DNA of 64,000 bases, from the NCBI GenBank assembly GCA_036406715.1, contig DASXAK010000024.1:1617-65616 (forward strand), in the 5' to 3' direction. The DNA comes from Bryobacteraceae bacterium. GTDB taxonomy: Bacteria > Acidobacteriota > Terriglobia > Bryobacterales > Bryobacteraceae. Both the position numbers and the translations under genes were made by a program. A model generated the notes under the pieces. That model saw only the letters and a list, made by a program, of their open reading frames with translations, made no database searches and had not been told where the DNA came from. Numbering within the stretch: position 1 is the stretch's first letter; every line of letters starts with the position of its first letter. Of this stretch, positions 48,064 through 58,713 are shown one piece after another.

Positions 48064-49386
48064 ATGAAGTTTGGATTGGTCGTGTTGAGCCTGGTACTGG
48101 CGCAGGCGCGGCCGGCCGCCGCGCAGGCGACGGATCCGGCGACACAACAACTGATTCAGCAGCTCATGAATCGGATCGACAGCCTGGAGAAACGGGTGAC
48201 GGAGCTGGAGCAAGAGAAGGTAGCGGGGCCCGCGCGGACTCCTTCCCCGCCACCCCCGCCCGGCCAGCCTCCGGTACCGGGGCCGGCCGCCGTCCATGAA
48301 GCACATGAGCAGCCTCCAGTACCGGAGATTTCCGGGCCAGAAGCGCAGCCGATCTATCCCTCCCTAAAGATCGCCGGATTCAGCGACATCGATTTTGCTG
48401 CCAGCAATCTGCACGCGCCGGCCGCCGGGTTCCAGCCGCAAACCCTGCTGGGCACACATAGCGGCTTTGCAGAAGGACAGTTCGTTCTACAATTCAGCTC
48501 CGCGCTGTCGCCCAAAGCGACGGTGTTCAGCGAACTGAGCTTCACCGCGAGATCGGACGCGGGCACCGGCGCCACGCCGGCGCCCGGCTTCAACCCCGAG
48601 GTCGAGCGCATCATTCTACGCTACGATTTCAACGACTACTTCAAGCTGTCATTCGGGCGCTATCACACACCGATCAACTACTGGAACACGGCCTTCCATC
48701 ACGGGCAATGGCTGCAGACCACCATCAGCCGCCCCGAGATGGCGCAGTTCGGGAATAGCTTCATCCCGGTCCATTTCGTCGGCGCCCTGGTGGAAGGCGT
48801 GACGCCGGCCGGAGGCTTGAACCTCAACTACAACGTCGGGCTCGGCAACGGACGCGGCCAGGTGATCAGCCGGGCCGGGGATTTCAGCGACATCAACAAC
48901 AACCGAGCCTGGCTGGTCAACCTGTTCGTCCGGCCGGACCACCCGTTCGGCTTGCAGGTGGGCGGCTCGGTCTATCGGGACGAGATCAACCAGTTGTCCA
49001 CCGGGCTGACGGCGCGCGAGTGGATTGAATCCGGTCACATCGTGTGGCAGAAGGAGAATCCGGAATTGATTGGCGAGTTCGCCAATGTCCATCACCAGTT
49101 CAGTAACGGCGCCAGCTCCAACAGCCAGGCGTTTTACGCGCAGGTCGCGTACCGGCTACCGTGGTTCAGCAAACAATGGAAACCGTACTACCGGTTTGAA
49201 CAGATTCACGTGCCGCAGTCGGATGGAATCTTTCGATCAGTGGTTCCGACGTTTTCGGCATCCACCGCCGGCGCACGCTACGACTTCACAACGTTCGCGG
49301 CATTCAAGCTCGAATACCGCAATTACACGCGCCGCGAGCTGCCTGGGTTCCACGGCATCTTCACGCAGATGAGCTTCACCTTTTAG
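48064..49386 (+). CDS. Outer-membrane beta-barrel porin with N-terminal coiled coil and Pro-rich linker
   Basis: Signal peptide MKFGLVVLSLVLAQARPAAAQ, coiled coil QQLIQQLMNRIDSLEKRVTELEQEK, PPPPPGQPPVPGP linker, C-terminal FTF. GAAGGAGGG SD. Confidence 0.7.
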   Translation: MKFGLVVLSLVLAQARPAAAQATDPATQQLIQQLMNRIDSLEKRVTELEQEKVAGPARTPSPPPPPGQPPVPGPAAVHEAHEQPPVPEISGPEAQPIYPSLKIAGFSDIDFAASNLHAPAAGFQPQTLLGTHSGFAEGQFVLQFSSALSPKATVFSELSFTARSDAGTGATPAPGFNPEVERIILRYDFNDYFKLSFGRYHTPINYWNTAFHHGQWLQTTISRPEMAQFGNSFIPVHFVGALVEGVTPAGGLNLNYNVGLGNGRGQVISRAGDFSDINNNRAWLVNLFVRPDHPFGLQVGGSVYRDEINQLSTGLTAREWIESGHIVWQKENPELIGEFANVHHQFSNGASSNSQAFYAQVAYRLPWFSKQWKPYYRFEQIHVPQSDGIFRSVVPTFSASTAGARYDFTTFAAFKLEYRNYTRRELPGFHGIFTQMSFTF

Positions 49387-49390
49387 CGCC

Positions 49391-49882
49391 ATGGAGACGA
49401 CCGTGAAGAACCTTCATTCCAGACGCGCGATGATGCGGACGCTGATTGCGTCCGCGGCCGCCCCGGCGCAGGCGGCCGACGAGACTCCGATCGCGGTGGT
49501 GGTAGGGCCGGAAGTTCCCGTCGAGAACCTGAGCTTTGCGGAGCTGCGCCGGATCGTCTTGGGCGACCGGCAATACTGGTCCTCCAACCTGAAGATCACC
49601 TTACTTCTGCGCGCACCGGGCGCGCATGAGCGAGATGCGGTGCTGAAGGCGATCTACCAGATGTCGGAAGCACAGTTCCGCCAATACTGGATCGCGAAAG
49701 TTTTCCGAGCCGAGGCCACGAGCGGGCCGCGGACCGTCTATTCCAATGACATGGCGGCGGAGTTAGTGAAAGCGATTCCGGGCGCGGTGGCGTTCATGGA
49801 TTCATCGCAAATTCCGGGCGGGTTGAAGGTGGTCCGGATTAACGGGCTGCTGCCGCGAGACGCGGGGTATCCGTTGCGCTAG
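49391..49882 (+). CDS. Periplasmic PBP-like (PstS-like) substrate-binding domain protein
   Basis: ELRRIVLGDRQYWS ... FMDSSQIPGGLKVVRING is typical of PBP_like_2 domains. The true start may be the MM at 49430. Confidence 0.6.
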   Translation: METTVKNLHSRRAMMRTLIASAAAPAQAADETPIAVVVGPEVPVENLSFAELRRIVLGDRQYWSSNLKITLLLRAPGAHERDAVLKAIYQMSEAQFRQYWIAKVFRAEATSGPRTVYSNDMAAELVKAIPGAVAFMDSSQIPGGLKVVRINGLLPRDAGYPLR

Positions 49883-49906
49883 TGTGGCGCAGGCGTCTCG
49901 CCTGCG
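49883..49906 (+). repeat. REP-like hairpin (GTGGCGCAGGCG-TCT-CGCCTGCG)
   Basis: 8-bp stem immediately after the TAG at 49880-49882, between convergent genes. Same GTGG.GCAGGC pattern as the other copies. Confidence 0.5.
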
Positions 49907-49916
49907 AATCGGCCGC

Positions 49917-50540
49917 CTACCCCGCTTTGGCGGCGACGAGCCGGACAAAATCGGGCAGCTCGTGTAGGGAAACAATTCCACCGGCCGGTTCCTGCATCGC
50001 CAGACGGCGCGCTTCGTCTGGGTCATTCATCATCAGAATGGGGTGAACGCCGGCGCTCTTGCCGGCATTCAGGGCTTCGGCAGTGTCGGCCAGATACAGC
50101 GTGTGATCCGGGCGAAGCCGCGTGCCGCGGAGCGCACACTGGAGCGGCGCTTGCTTGATGCCGGCGGCAGCGTCCCGGCTCCAGACGCCGGAGAATCCGC
50201 GGCACTTGCGAACGAATTCGATCACCGCCTGCTCCGAGAGCGACGACGCGAGGACCAAGCGAACGCCCAGTTTCTCAAGTTCCGCGAGCGACGGGAGAAC
50301 ATCGTCATAGATGGTTGCGCGCTCGACGGCTTCGCACTCGAAGGCCACGATCTCGGGGTCGCCGAGCGCCTCGGCAGATGCTTCAAACAGGTTCAGTAAG
50401 TGCCAATAGCTGCGGCTTCCCGAGCGGCTCGGCTTGCGCTTGCGGCCAAACACACGGGTAGCAATTTCGATAAAAGGCGCGGCCGGAAATTCGGCAAGGC
50501 AGCCGACGGGCTCGAACAAAATGCCTTCAATCGGGTTCAT
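49917..50540 (-). CDS. HAD-like fold protein with a degenerate motif I
   Basis: ILFEPVGCL stands where hhhhDxDGT is expected. Start trimmed to ATG 50540, which overlaps the VWA gene stop (ATGA). Confidence 0.65.
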   Translation of the reverse strand: MNPIEGILFEPVGCLAEFPAAPFIEIATRVFGRKRKPSRSGSRSYWHLLNLFEASAEALGDPEIVAFECEAVERATIYDDVLPSLAELEKLGVRLVLASSLSEQAVIEFVRKCRGFSGVWSRDAAAGIKQAPLQCALRGTRLRPDHTLYLADTAEALNAGKSAGVHPILMMNDPDEARRLAMQEPAGGIVSLHELPDFVRLVAAKAG

Positions 50541-51553
50541 TGAGCGGGCTCGGGACCTTCCGCCCAATAGGCATGCCGCCACCGGAGCTGCACGTCGGCG
50601 CGGCCGGCCACCGAGAGATCGATCTGATGAATTCCGGGCGCCGCATCGTGACGCTGCGGGAAGCTCAAAACATATTGATCGTGGACGGCCGCGCCTAATT
50701 TCTCGATCGCACTATCGATTCCACTCTGCTTGACAAACGAATGCTCCAAGCCTCCGGTGGCACGGGTCAGAGCCTGGACAGAGTTGGTATGGCCGAGACG
50801 CGCGAGTTCTGCGAAGATACTCATGAAATTGATCGCGGGAGGCGGATTCGGCATCTGGGTCGGGTCGTCCGGCAACTCGGGAGGCGAAGAGAGATCTGGC
50901 AAATCTTTCGGCTTTGCGATGAGACTCGAGGCGTAGGCCGAGTAGCGGGCGGCGAAAACCTCGATGTTCTGACGTTCGACGGCTTCAATAGCTTGTTCGA
51001 TGGTAGTTTCGCTTCCCCGATCGCGGCTCTCGGAAATGAGTAGAAGTATTTTGCGCCCGGAACGGTGCTGCATATGGCCGGCGACCACGCCGACGGCGTC
51101 GAGCATTCGAGCGTCTTGCAAGGCCTTGCCGGGCCTGAGGCTGTTCAGCGCGGAGCGGATTTCGTCGTCGTTCGAGGTAAAGTCCTGGAGCCATGTGACG
51201 CGGCGGTCGAACGTGACGACGGCAACCGCGCCGCGCTGGCCGCTGATGAAGGGCTGAATCAAGCCGCCAATGCGGCGAACCTTCGCCAATGCCGGCGTCG
51301 AGATGCCCGAGGTCTGAACGGCGATGACGAGCGAAATAGGATCGAAGCCGACGTAGTCGTCGACGGTGACTTCCTGCCGGACGGCGTCGTCGAACAGCAC
51401 AAAATCGTCGGCATCCAGGCCCTCGACGCGATGCCCGTTCCGGTCGGCCACGCTTACGGGGACTTGCACGACCTGGGTTTGTACGTGGAACGGCGGTGTT
51501 TGTGCGGAGATCGTACCGATCCAGCAGAGAAGAGAAACAGCGGCGCGGCGCAC
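50537..51553 (-). CDS. VWA domain protein (VWFA-related acidobacterial domain family)
   Basis: Signal peptide, then FHVQTQVVQVPVSVADRNGHRVEGLDADDFVLFDD, typical of this family. Confidence 0.75.
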   Translation of the reverse strand: MRRAAVSLLCWIGTISAQTPPFHVQTQVVQVPVSVADRNGHRVEGLDADDFVLFDDAVRQEVTVDDYVGFDPISLVIAVQTSGISTPALAKVRRIGGLIQPFISGQRGAVAVVTFDRRVTWLQDFTSNDDEIRSALNSLRPGKALQDARMLDAVGVVAGHMQHRSGRKILLLISESRDRGSETTIEQAIEAVERQNIEVFAARYSAYASSLIAKPKDLPDLSSPPELPDDPTQMPNPPPAINFMSIFAELARLGHTNSVQALTRATGGLEHSFVKQSGIDSAIEKLGAAVHDQYVLSFPQRHDAAPGIHQIDLSVAGRADVQLRWRHAYWAEGPEPAQ

Positions 51554-51557
51554 GGCG

Positions 51558-52544
51558 TTACGCCAGCTTGCCCAAACCCGAGGCCAGCAGGCCCTTGGCC
51601 ATATCGATCTTCGCCGCGTTGTATTTCAGCGGAGCGGCGTTGGCCAGGGCGATCGAAATGGCCTGGTTTGCCAAATCGGGGCTGAGTGTTTTGCCCTTGA
51701 GAAAATCCTCGACGCTACGTTCGCGCAGCGGCTTGCCGGCGATGCCTCCGAACACAACACGAGCGTCTTCGATGGTATTGCCGCGGGTCTGGAGCGCCAT
51801 CGCGAGCGAGGCCATGGCAAAATCCCAGACGCCGCGCGGGCGCAATTTTTCGAACGATGCGCGCAACCCGGGCTTCGGCGCGGGAATGGCGACTTCGGTC
51901 AGGATTTCGTTGTACCGGACAACATGCGACTGGATTCGGCCGTCGACCATCATGTCGCCGGGCACGAGCTGCTCAAGCGAAAGCTGCTTCATGCCGGCGG
52001 GCGTCGCCAGTGTTGCTGTGGCGTCGAAGGGAATCAAAGCGGTGGCGGCGTCGCCGGGATAAACGGCGTAGCACAATCGTCCGCCCATGGCGGAATGATA
52101 GTAGCTGTTGTCGCCGATGGCGCCATAACAGAGGTAGCCGCCGTTGCGCCAGCAAGGGTAGCCGCCGCGCAGGTACTGGCACCAGACTTCCTGGAGCAGG
52201 TCGCCGCCGAGGGTGGACGCATTGCGCAGTTCGGGCGAGGAGATCATGTGGACCGCCTCGACCAGCATTGGATAGCGCTTCAGCAATAACTCGGAGTCGG
52301 CGAGTTCGGAGAGCTTCGTCGCGGCGCCGATGCGGACGCCGCCCTGGCCGTCATCTTTGATATAGCGCAGGTCATCGATCTTCTTGATGTCGACCAGAAA
52401 GGTGGGCGCCTGCTTCAAACGGTTCTTCAGCCGGACCAACAGATCGGTTCCGCCGGCATAGACCGCGGCTTCGGTTCCATGCTGGGAGAGTATCTGGATG
52501 GCTTCGCCGGTGGTGGTGGGGCGATAGATGGAAATCTTCTTCAT
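51558..52544 (-). CDS. Xanthine dehydrogenase-family FAD-binding subunit (CoxM/PaoB-like)
   Basis: AGGTDLLVRLK FAD motif. ATG overlaps the stop of the Moco subunit. Confidence 0.85.
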   Translation of the reverse strand: MKKISIYRPTTTGEAIQILSQHGTEAAVYAGGTDLLVRLKNRLKQAPTFLVDIKKIDDLRYIKDDGQGGVRIGAATKLSELADSELLLKRYPMLVEAVHMISSPELRNASTLGGDLLQEVWCQYLRGGYPCWRNGGYLCYGAIGDNSYYHSAMGGRLCYAVYPGDAATALIPFDATATLATPAGMKQLSLEQLVPGDMMVDGRIQSHVVRYNEILTEVAIPAPKPGLRASFEKLRPRGVWDFAMASLAMALQTRGNTIEDARVVFGGIAGKPLRERSVEDFLKGKTLSPDLANQAISIALANAAPLKYNAAKIDMAKGLLASGLGKLA

Positions 52545-55500
52545 GCCCGCCTCCCTTGGGCGCGCAGCCCGGCCATGATCTTGTCGCGCGTGATGGGGTG
52601 TTCGCGGATTCGGACGCCGCAGGCGTTGTAGATGGCGTTGGCGAGTGCGCCCGGCACCGCGCCGATGCTGGTTTCGCTAAAGCTCTTGACGCCGTAGAAC
52701 CAGCGCGGCTCCAGGCTGTCGATGTAGAGCTGGGTCTGCCTGGGGACGTCCATGATCGTCGGCAGCCGGTAAGAGAGGTATCCGACGCTGTAGTGGCGGG
52801 TGCCGGGGAATTCGCGGTCCCAGGGAATCGCATCGGTAGCAACCTGGGTGCTCTCGACGAGAGAGCCGACCATGTCGGCCTCCGCAACCAGCGGGTTGAT
52901 GACCAGGCCGGTATCGTGCGGATAAACGGCCCGGATGAAGCGCCAGTTACCCGTCCACGTGTCGACTTCGACTTCGACAAAGCACGCCCCGACGCCTTTG
53001 TTGGAGGCCGTTCGGGGGCCGCCCGCGACACCACGGCCTGCCGCGCGAATCACACCGCCGTTTGCTTTCGCCAACGCCGCGAACGTAACGCGTTTCTTCG
53101 GGTCATCGGTGGACGATATGATACCGTCCCGAATCTGAACGGCAACGTTGGTTTTCAGGACGTTCGATGCGCGCTGGAGGAGATCTTTCCGCAGCTTGTC
53201 GGCGGCGTTGCAGATCGCCGCGCCTTGCAGCGTGATGGTGCGTCCGCCGAACCACTCGTCGCTCGAGGGCGCAATGTCGGTATCGCCCCAGATGAGCCGG
53301 ATGCGGTCGCGCGTCGTGAAGCCGAGCATCTCGGCGACGAGGTGCGCGAGAGCCGTGGCTGCATTCGAGCCGCTATCGGGAAGCGCCACCTTCATCGTGA
53401 CGAAACCGTCGGCAGTCAGATCAAGTTCGGTGCCAAACACGCCGGCTCCGTTGGCGGCCGCCAATTTTGCGAATTCCTCTTCCCCTTCGTGATAGCCCAT
53501 CAGGCCGCCATGATGCTGCGACATCCCGACGCCGAAGCCGCGCTTAAATCGGCCCGGCGCGCCGCCGGGAACCGGATTGCGCTTCTCCCATCCGAACGCC
53601 TTGGCGCCCTCGTCGAGCACTTCGACGGAGGGAAACGAATCGTAGGGATACCGCGCATCGCCAGGCTTGGGCCGCGTGATGTGCAGTAGCCGGAACTGCA
53701 CGGGGTCGACGTTGACCACCTCCGCCATTTCGTCCATCATGCTTTCCCACGACCACTTGGTCTCCTGCTGGTAATAGCTGCGGGAAGGGCCGGGACGCGG
53801 CGCATTGGTGCGGTAAGCGCACCACAGAGAGCGCCAGTTCGGAACTTGCGAGGTGTACAGCTCCAACTGGTTGGATGCGTTTCCTGGAGTGGACGCGTGG
53901 CCACCGGTTTCCAGATCGCCGACGCTGACGTAGACGGTATGATCGATGGCGGTGATGCGGCCGTCTTTTTTCGCGCCGACTTTGAATTTGGTGATCGTTT
54001 CCGGCTTGATCTGAAGCTGGGCGAGTTCCTGGTCTTTCGGCAGCATCACTTTGACCGGCCGGCCAGTTACCTTCGCGAGGTGAGCGACCAGCGGATAGAA
54101 CCGCTCGGCTGCCAGCCGCGCTGCGCCGAAGGTGGAACCGTTCCACTTATTGATGAAGCGGATCTTGGAAGGATCAATACCGAGCGAGGCGGCGAGAGCC
54201 GCGCGCACAGGGTAGATTCCCTGGCCCATGCCCCAGAAGGTGAGGCGATCGCCATCCCATTTAGCGACGCTGCCGCTGGGCTGCATCGGAACCGAGACGC
54301 CGCCGACGAAGTGATACGTGAACTCCTTAATGACGTCCGCTTCGGCGAAGCCTTGTTCGAGGTTGCCGCGGTGGTCGGCCCACGTGGCATTGGGATAGTC
54401 CTTGGGGGAATTTGGGTGCCGCAACAGATTGCCCTTGCCGCCGCGAAGGTCGGGCGCATCGGCGGCCATCGACTCGTGGAGCATGGAGGCGAAGGGAAGC
54501 ACTTCGTATTCGACCTGAATGGCCGCAGCCGCGTCCTCGGCCAAGTCCTCGGTTTCGGCGGCCACGATGGCCACCACTTCGCCTTGCAGGTTGAGCTCTT
54601 GAGGCAGCGGCTCGGGCAACGAGCGATAGTCGGCGGGCGCGGGAGGACCGACGATCCGGCCGCCGGTGGAGACCGCGATCGAGGCGTTGGGTTTTGGCGC
54701 GTTTTGGTATGTGAGAATGTGCGCCACCCCCGGCATCTTTTCGGCGGCAGCGGTGTCGATGCTCTTGATGCTCGCGTGAGGATGCGGGCAAGTGAGAAAA
54801 GCCGTGTGCAACAGGTTCGGGAACCAGACGCGGCTGGCGTACTGCGCTTTGCCGGTGAACCGCGGGATGGAGACTTCCGGCATAGGCGGCAGCGGCTTGC
54901 CGAGCACCTTCAGATTCTCGGGTGGATAACCCTGCCATTTGCGCGTCACGGATTTCCCCTCGACGACTTCATCTCCGGGAAGGTGGCCGCCATGCGTCGA
55001 GTAGTCGCGGACCATCGGCAACGGTTTGTGGATGATCGATTCGGGCGCCGGCTCGATCTCGATGTTCTCGCCGCGCAGGACGGCGGCCGTATCGATCACG
55101 GTGCGGATGATCGACGGATAGGACGCGCACCGGCAGATGTGTCCGGCCAGCGCGGCTTTCACCTGGTCTTCCGAGGGATTGGGATTTTGATCGAGAAAGG
55201 CTTTCGCAGTCACTACCCACCCAGCGGTGCAAAAGCCACAGTCCGCCGCGACACGCGTGTGACCGATGCGTTGGAGAGGGTGCAGGTTCTTCTCGTCGCC
55301 GACGCCTTCGATGGTGAGGATCTTTTTGCCCGCGGCTTCGGTCGCGAGTGTGTGACACGAGTATAGCGGCCTGCCGTCCACCACGACGCTGCAGGCGCCG
55401 CAACTCGCGCGATTGCAGCTCCGGTTGGTTCCTGTGAGGCCAAGTTGCACGGCGATCACTTCCCACAACGTGGTGCGCGCTTCATATTCGGCGGCGTGCA

Positions 55501-55651
55501 GTTTGCCGTTGATCAGGAACGAGGCTTTTTCGCGCGTGAGCGGGGCCGGCAAAACGGCGGCGGAGGCCGTATACACCGCCGGCCCGCCCACGGCTGTGAG
55601 CGCAATACCCGATCCCGCGGCTTTCAGGAAATTTCTGCGCGAGTAGTTCAT
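52541..55651 (-). CDS. Tat-exported fusion of a [2Fe-2S] subunit and a molybdopterin-binding subunit of an aldehyde oxidase/xanthine dehydrogenase-family hydroxylase
   Basis: Twin-arginine signal [13 protein letters not shown], FeS motifs CNRASCGACSV and CGFCTAG...CRC, then a roughly 750-aa Moco domain. Start trimmed to ATG 55651 behind GAAGGAG. Confidence 0.85.
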   Translation of the reverse strand: MNYSRRNFLKAAGSGIALTAVGGPAVYTASAAVLPAPLTREKASFLINGKLHAAEYEARTTLWEVIAVQLGLTGTNRSCNRASCGACSVVVDGRPLYSCHTLATEAAGKKILTIEGVGDEKNLHPLQRIGHTRVAADCGFCTAGWVVTAKAFLDQNPNPSEDQVKAALAGHICRCASYPSIIRTVIDTAAVLRGENIEIEPAPESIIHKPLPMVRDYSTHGGHLPGDEVVEGKSVTRKWQGYPPENLKVLGKPLPPMPEVSIPRFTGKAQYASRVWFPNLLHTAFLTCPHPHASIKSIDTAAAEKMPGVAHILTYQNAPKPNASIAVSTGGRIVGPPAPADYRSLPEPLPQELNLQGEVVAIVAAETEDLAEDAAAAIQVEYEVLPFASMLHESMAADAPDLRGGKGNLLRHPNSPKDYPNATWADHRGNLEQGFAEADVIKEFTYHFVGGVSVPMQPSGSVAKWDGDRLTFWGMGQGIYPVRAALAASLGIDPSKIRFINKWNGSTFGAARLAAERFYPLVAHLAKVTGRPVKVMLPKDQELAQLQIKPETITKFKVGAKKDGRITAIDHTVYVSVGDLETGGHASTPGNASNQLELYTSQVPNWRSLWCAYRTNAPRPGPSRSYYQQETKWSWESMMDEMAEVVNVDPVQFRLLHITRPKPGDARYPYDSFPSVEVLDEGAKAFGWEKRNPVPGGAPGRFKRGFGVGMSQHHGGLMGYHEGEEEFAKLAAANGAGVFGTELDLTADGFVTMKVALPDSGSNAATALAHLVAEMLGFTTRDRIRLIWGDTDIAPSSDEWFGGRTITLQGAAICNAADKLRKDLLQRASNVLKTNVAVQIRDGIISSTDDPKKRVTFAALAKANGGVIRAAGRGVAGGPRTASNKGVGACFVEVEVDTWTGNWRFIRAVYPHDTGLVINPLVAEADMVGSLVESTQVATDAIPWDREFPGTRHYSVGYLSYRLPTIMDVPRQTQLYIDSLEPRWFYGVKSFSETSIGAVPGALANAIYNACGVRIREHPITRDKIMAGLRAQGRRA

Positions 55652-56061
55652 TTCGATACTCCTTCGCGAGGAAATACATTGGGCCGGTACTGTTTGTGAC
55701 AGGCGGTGCACGACGCATCCAGCAAGTCGGCGACGGCGGCCAGCGCCTTAGTATCTTTTGATTGGGCAGCCCGGTACGCAGTGGTACCGGCGGCGGCGAG
55801 AAGGTTGGCGTCTTTGATCCAGTCGGGCTGATCGGGGCCACGCGCGCGCAGCAGGTTGCCGGCTTCGGCAAGCGTGAGTGCGCCGCGGCGAACAGCCGCC
55901 CACTCGGCTTCGGTCTGGGGACCGCCGCGAAAAATAGAGAGCAGGATGTCGTTGCTCGCCGGGTGGATCAGATCCAGCATGAGCTGCTTGACGGTTGCGG
56001 GCGCTTGGGCGGCCACCGAGGCGCCCAGTACGACCAGACCGGCGATCCTTGCCCGCTTCAT
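55648..56061 (-). CDS. Class II cytochrome c (cytochrome c'/c-556-like)
   Basis: Signal peptide, helical body, single C-terminal heme site CTACHKQYR. Stop overlaps the next ATG. Confidence 0.7.
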   Translation of the reverse strand: MKRARIAGLVVLGASVAAQAPATVKQLMLDLIHPASNDILLSIFRGGPQTEAEWAAVRRGALTLAEAGNLLRARGPDQPDWIKDANLLAAAGTTAYRAAQSKDTKALAAVADLLDASCTACHKQYRPNVFPREGVSK

Positions 56062-56162
56062 TATCGATACAGTCTATCGCGCGGGAGTCAACCCGTGGAC
56101 GAACGGCTTTCTTCGGTGTAACGGTTGGGGGGGCGCGGTACACTGTAGAGTATTCCCGCCGC

Positions 56163-58649
56163 ATGGAAGGCCAGACAATTTCGCATTACCGCATTCTCTC
56201 CGTCTTGGGACGGGGCGGAATGGGGATCGTCTATAAGGCCGAAGATCCGCGGCTTGGCCGGACGGTCGCGGTAAAGTTCGTCCCGGAGACGCTCGCCGGA
56301 GACCGGATGGCCCTGGAACGGTTCTTCCGGGAAGCCCGCGCGGCGTCCGCCCTCAACCATCCGAATATCTGTACTGTCCACGATATCGGCGTGTTCGAAG
56401 GCCGGCCCTACCTGGTGATGGAATGCCTCGAGGGGAAGACGCTGCGCGATCTCCTCCTGAGCACGCAACTCACCATGCAGGAAGTGTTCGAGCTCGCCAT
56501 CCAGATCGTGGACGCGCTGGATGCCGCGCACAGCTCGGGCATCGTGCATCGCGATATCAAGCCGGCGAACATCTTCGTGACCCGACGCGGGCAAATCAAG
56601 ATCATGGATTTCGGACTGGCCAAGGTGAGCGGCCGAAACGGCGGAGGAACGTTGGGTGATTCGCAGGCGCCCACGGCCGCGCTCAATGAGCTGGTGACCA
56701 GTCCCGGGTCGACCCTGGGGACGATTGCCTACATGTCGCCCGAGCAGGCACGCGGCGAAGAACTGGATGCGCGCAGCGATCTGTTCTCGTTTGGCGTGGT
56801 GCTGTACGAAATGATCACGGGGATGTCGCCGTTCCAGGGGAACACCACGGCCCTGACGTTCGTGGCGATTCTGCACAACGCGTCGGCGCCGCTGGCGCAG
56901 CGGCGGCCGGAGGTTCCGGCTGAGCTGGAGCGGATCGTCACCAAAGCTCTGGAAAAGAACCGGGATATGCGGTATCAGAGCGCTGCCGAGATCCGGGCAG
57001 ATCTGAAGCGGCTGCGGCGAGACGCCGATTCGCGCGCGGGAACGCCAACGCTGTCCAGCATGGCGGCCGCGCCCAACTTGAGTTCCGCGCCGGCATCGGC
57101 ACGCGCTTCGGCGCCGCCGTCCACTGAAACAATCGGTCCACCGCCGTCAAGCGCGGAGTATCTCGTTGGCGCGCTCCGACGCAACCGGCGGGTGGCGGGG
57201 ATTGTCGCCGGAGTGGTCCTCGCGGCAGCGGCGGCCGGCGTCTACTGGATGACGCGTCCCAAGCCGCTAGACTCACTGGCGGTGATGCCATTCGTAAATA
57301 TGGCCGGAGATCCCCGCACCGAATACCTCAGCGATGGAATCTCCGAGAGCATCATCAACAATCTGTCGCAACTGCCCAAGCTCTCGGTGCGGTCGTTCAG
57401 CTCTGTGGTGCATTACAGGAACAAAGACATCAGCCCGCAGACCGCCGGCCGCGAGTTGAACGTTCGTGCCGTGCTCACCGGGCGGCTGGTGCGTCGCGGC
57501 GATGAATTCGCGATCAGCGCGGAACTGGTGGATGTCGAGGGAAACCGGCAGATCTGGGGCAGCCAGTATACGCCCAAGGTCGCTGACATGCTGGCGATCC
57601 AGCAGCAAATATCGCAGGAAATCTCGGAGAAGCTGCGGCTGCAATTGACCGGGGCCGAGATGCAGCGGATGAACCGGCACACGACCGATGATACGGTCGC
57701 CTACCAGCTTTACCTGCAAGGGCGGTATCAATGGAACAAGCGCACTCTGGAGGGCCTGCAACAGAGCATCGACTTCTTCAATCAGGCGATTGACAAAGAT
57801 CCCCGCTACGCGCTGGCTTATGCGGGTCTCGCGGATTCCTACGCGCTGCTGGCGGATTTCAACGTTCTGCCGACTCGCGAGGTGACGCCCAAGCTCCAGA
57901 GCGCCGCAGCGAAAGCCTTGGAGCTCGACAACACGCTGGCAGAAGCGCATACCTCTCTGGCGTGGGCGAATTATCACGTGTGGGACTGGGCAGGCGCCGA
58001 GCGGGAGTTCAAGCGTGCCTTGGAATTGAACTCGCGCTATGCCACGGCGCACCTGTGGTACAGCGAGTACCTTTCCGCTCTCGGACGATTTAACGAGGCG
58101 CTGACCGAGGTCAATCGAGCCCTGGAACAGAACCCGCTTTCGGCCGAAACCAGCCTGGCCTTGGCCACGCGCTCATACTACGCCCGTCAGCCGGGCGCAG
58201 CCATCGAGCAAGCGCAGAAGGTGCTGGGGATCGACTCGCGCTACGTCCCGGCGCACGTTCTTCTGGGACGCATCTACGCTCAGAAGGGCTCCTTCGAAGA
58301 ATCGCTGGCGGAGTTCCGCAAGGCTCTCGATCTTTCGGAGGGCGACACTAACGAACTCGCCGCGCTCGGGTACGGCGAAGCGGTCGCTCATCAGAACGCG
58401 GAAGCGCGCAAGACGCTCGACAATCTGATGCAGCGGTCGCGCGACACCTATGTGCAGCCGGTATGGATCGCCGTAATCGAGTTGGCGCTGGGCGACAGGA
58501 ACGAGGCTTTTGATTGGCTGGAGAAAGCCTATTCAGACCGGTCCTGGTGGCTGGTGAACTTGAGAGTGGATCCGTTCTTCGACGGTATCCGAACCGATCC
58601 CCGGTACAACGACCTGCTGCGCCGCGTCGGCTTGGCGACGGCTCAATAG
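56163..58649 (+). CDS. Ser/Thr protein kinase with TM segment, TolB-N-like domain and TPR repeats
   Basis: [20 protein letters not shown] and DFGLAK kinase motifs. Start trimmed to ATG 56163 ([11 protein letters not shown]...). Confidence 0.9.
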   Translation: MEGQTISHYRILSVLGRGGMGIVYKAEDPRLGRTVAVKFVPETLAGDRMALERFFREARAASALNHPNICTVHDIGVFEGRPYLVMECLEGKTLRDLLLSTQLTMQEVFELAIQIVDALDAAHSSGIVHRDIKPANIFVTRRGQIKIMDFGLAKVSGRNGGGTLGDSQAPTAALNELVTSPGSTLGTIAYMSPEQARGEELDARSDLFSFGVVLYEMITGMSPFQGNTTALTFVAILHNASAPLAQRRPEVPAELERIVTKALEKNRDMRYQSAAEIRADLKRLRRDADSRAGTPTLSSMAAAPNLSSAPASARASAPPSTETIGPPPSSAEYLVGALRRNRRVAGIVAGVVLAAAAAGVYWMTRPKPLDSLAVMPFVNMAGDPRTEYLSDGISESIINNLSQLPKLSVRSFSSVVHYRNKDISPQTAGRELNVRAVLTGRLVRRGDEFAISAELVDVEGNRQIWGSQYTPKVADMLAIQQQISQEISEKLRLQLTGAEMQRMNRHTTDDTVAYQLYLQGRYQWNKRTLEGLQQSIDFFNQAIDKDPRYALAYAGLADSYALLADFNVLPTREVTPKLQSAAAKALELDNTLAEAHTSLAWANYHVWDWAGAEREFKRALELNSRYATAHLWYSEYLSALGRFNEALTEVNRALEQNPLSAETSLALATRSYYARQPGAAIEQAQKVLGIDSRYVPAHVLLGRIYAQKGSFEESLAEFRKALDLSEGDTNELAALGYGEAVAHQNAEARKTLDNLMQRSRDTYVQPVWIAVIELALGDRNEAFDWLEKAYSDRSWWLVNLRVDPFFDGIRTDPRYNDLLRRVGLATAQ

Positions 58650-58713
58650 CGGCGCGTTGGGCGCGCGCGGTTTACAATGAAAGCACGGCGCCCACCGCCG
58701 AAGGACTTGCCTC

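Noticed and set aside
52556-55366. 377-aa and 506-aa plus-strand ORFs antisense to the FeS-Moco gene
   Set aside because: No motifs. The opposite strand has a Tat signal, FeS cysteines and a Moco domain.
55995-56162. Upstream extension of the kinase ORF (track start 55995)
   Set aside because: It overlaps the cytochrome c' gene start region. The kinase subdomain I follows directly after ATG 56163.
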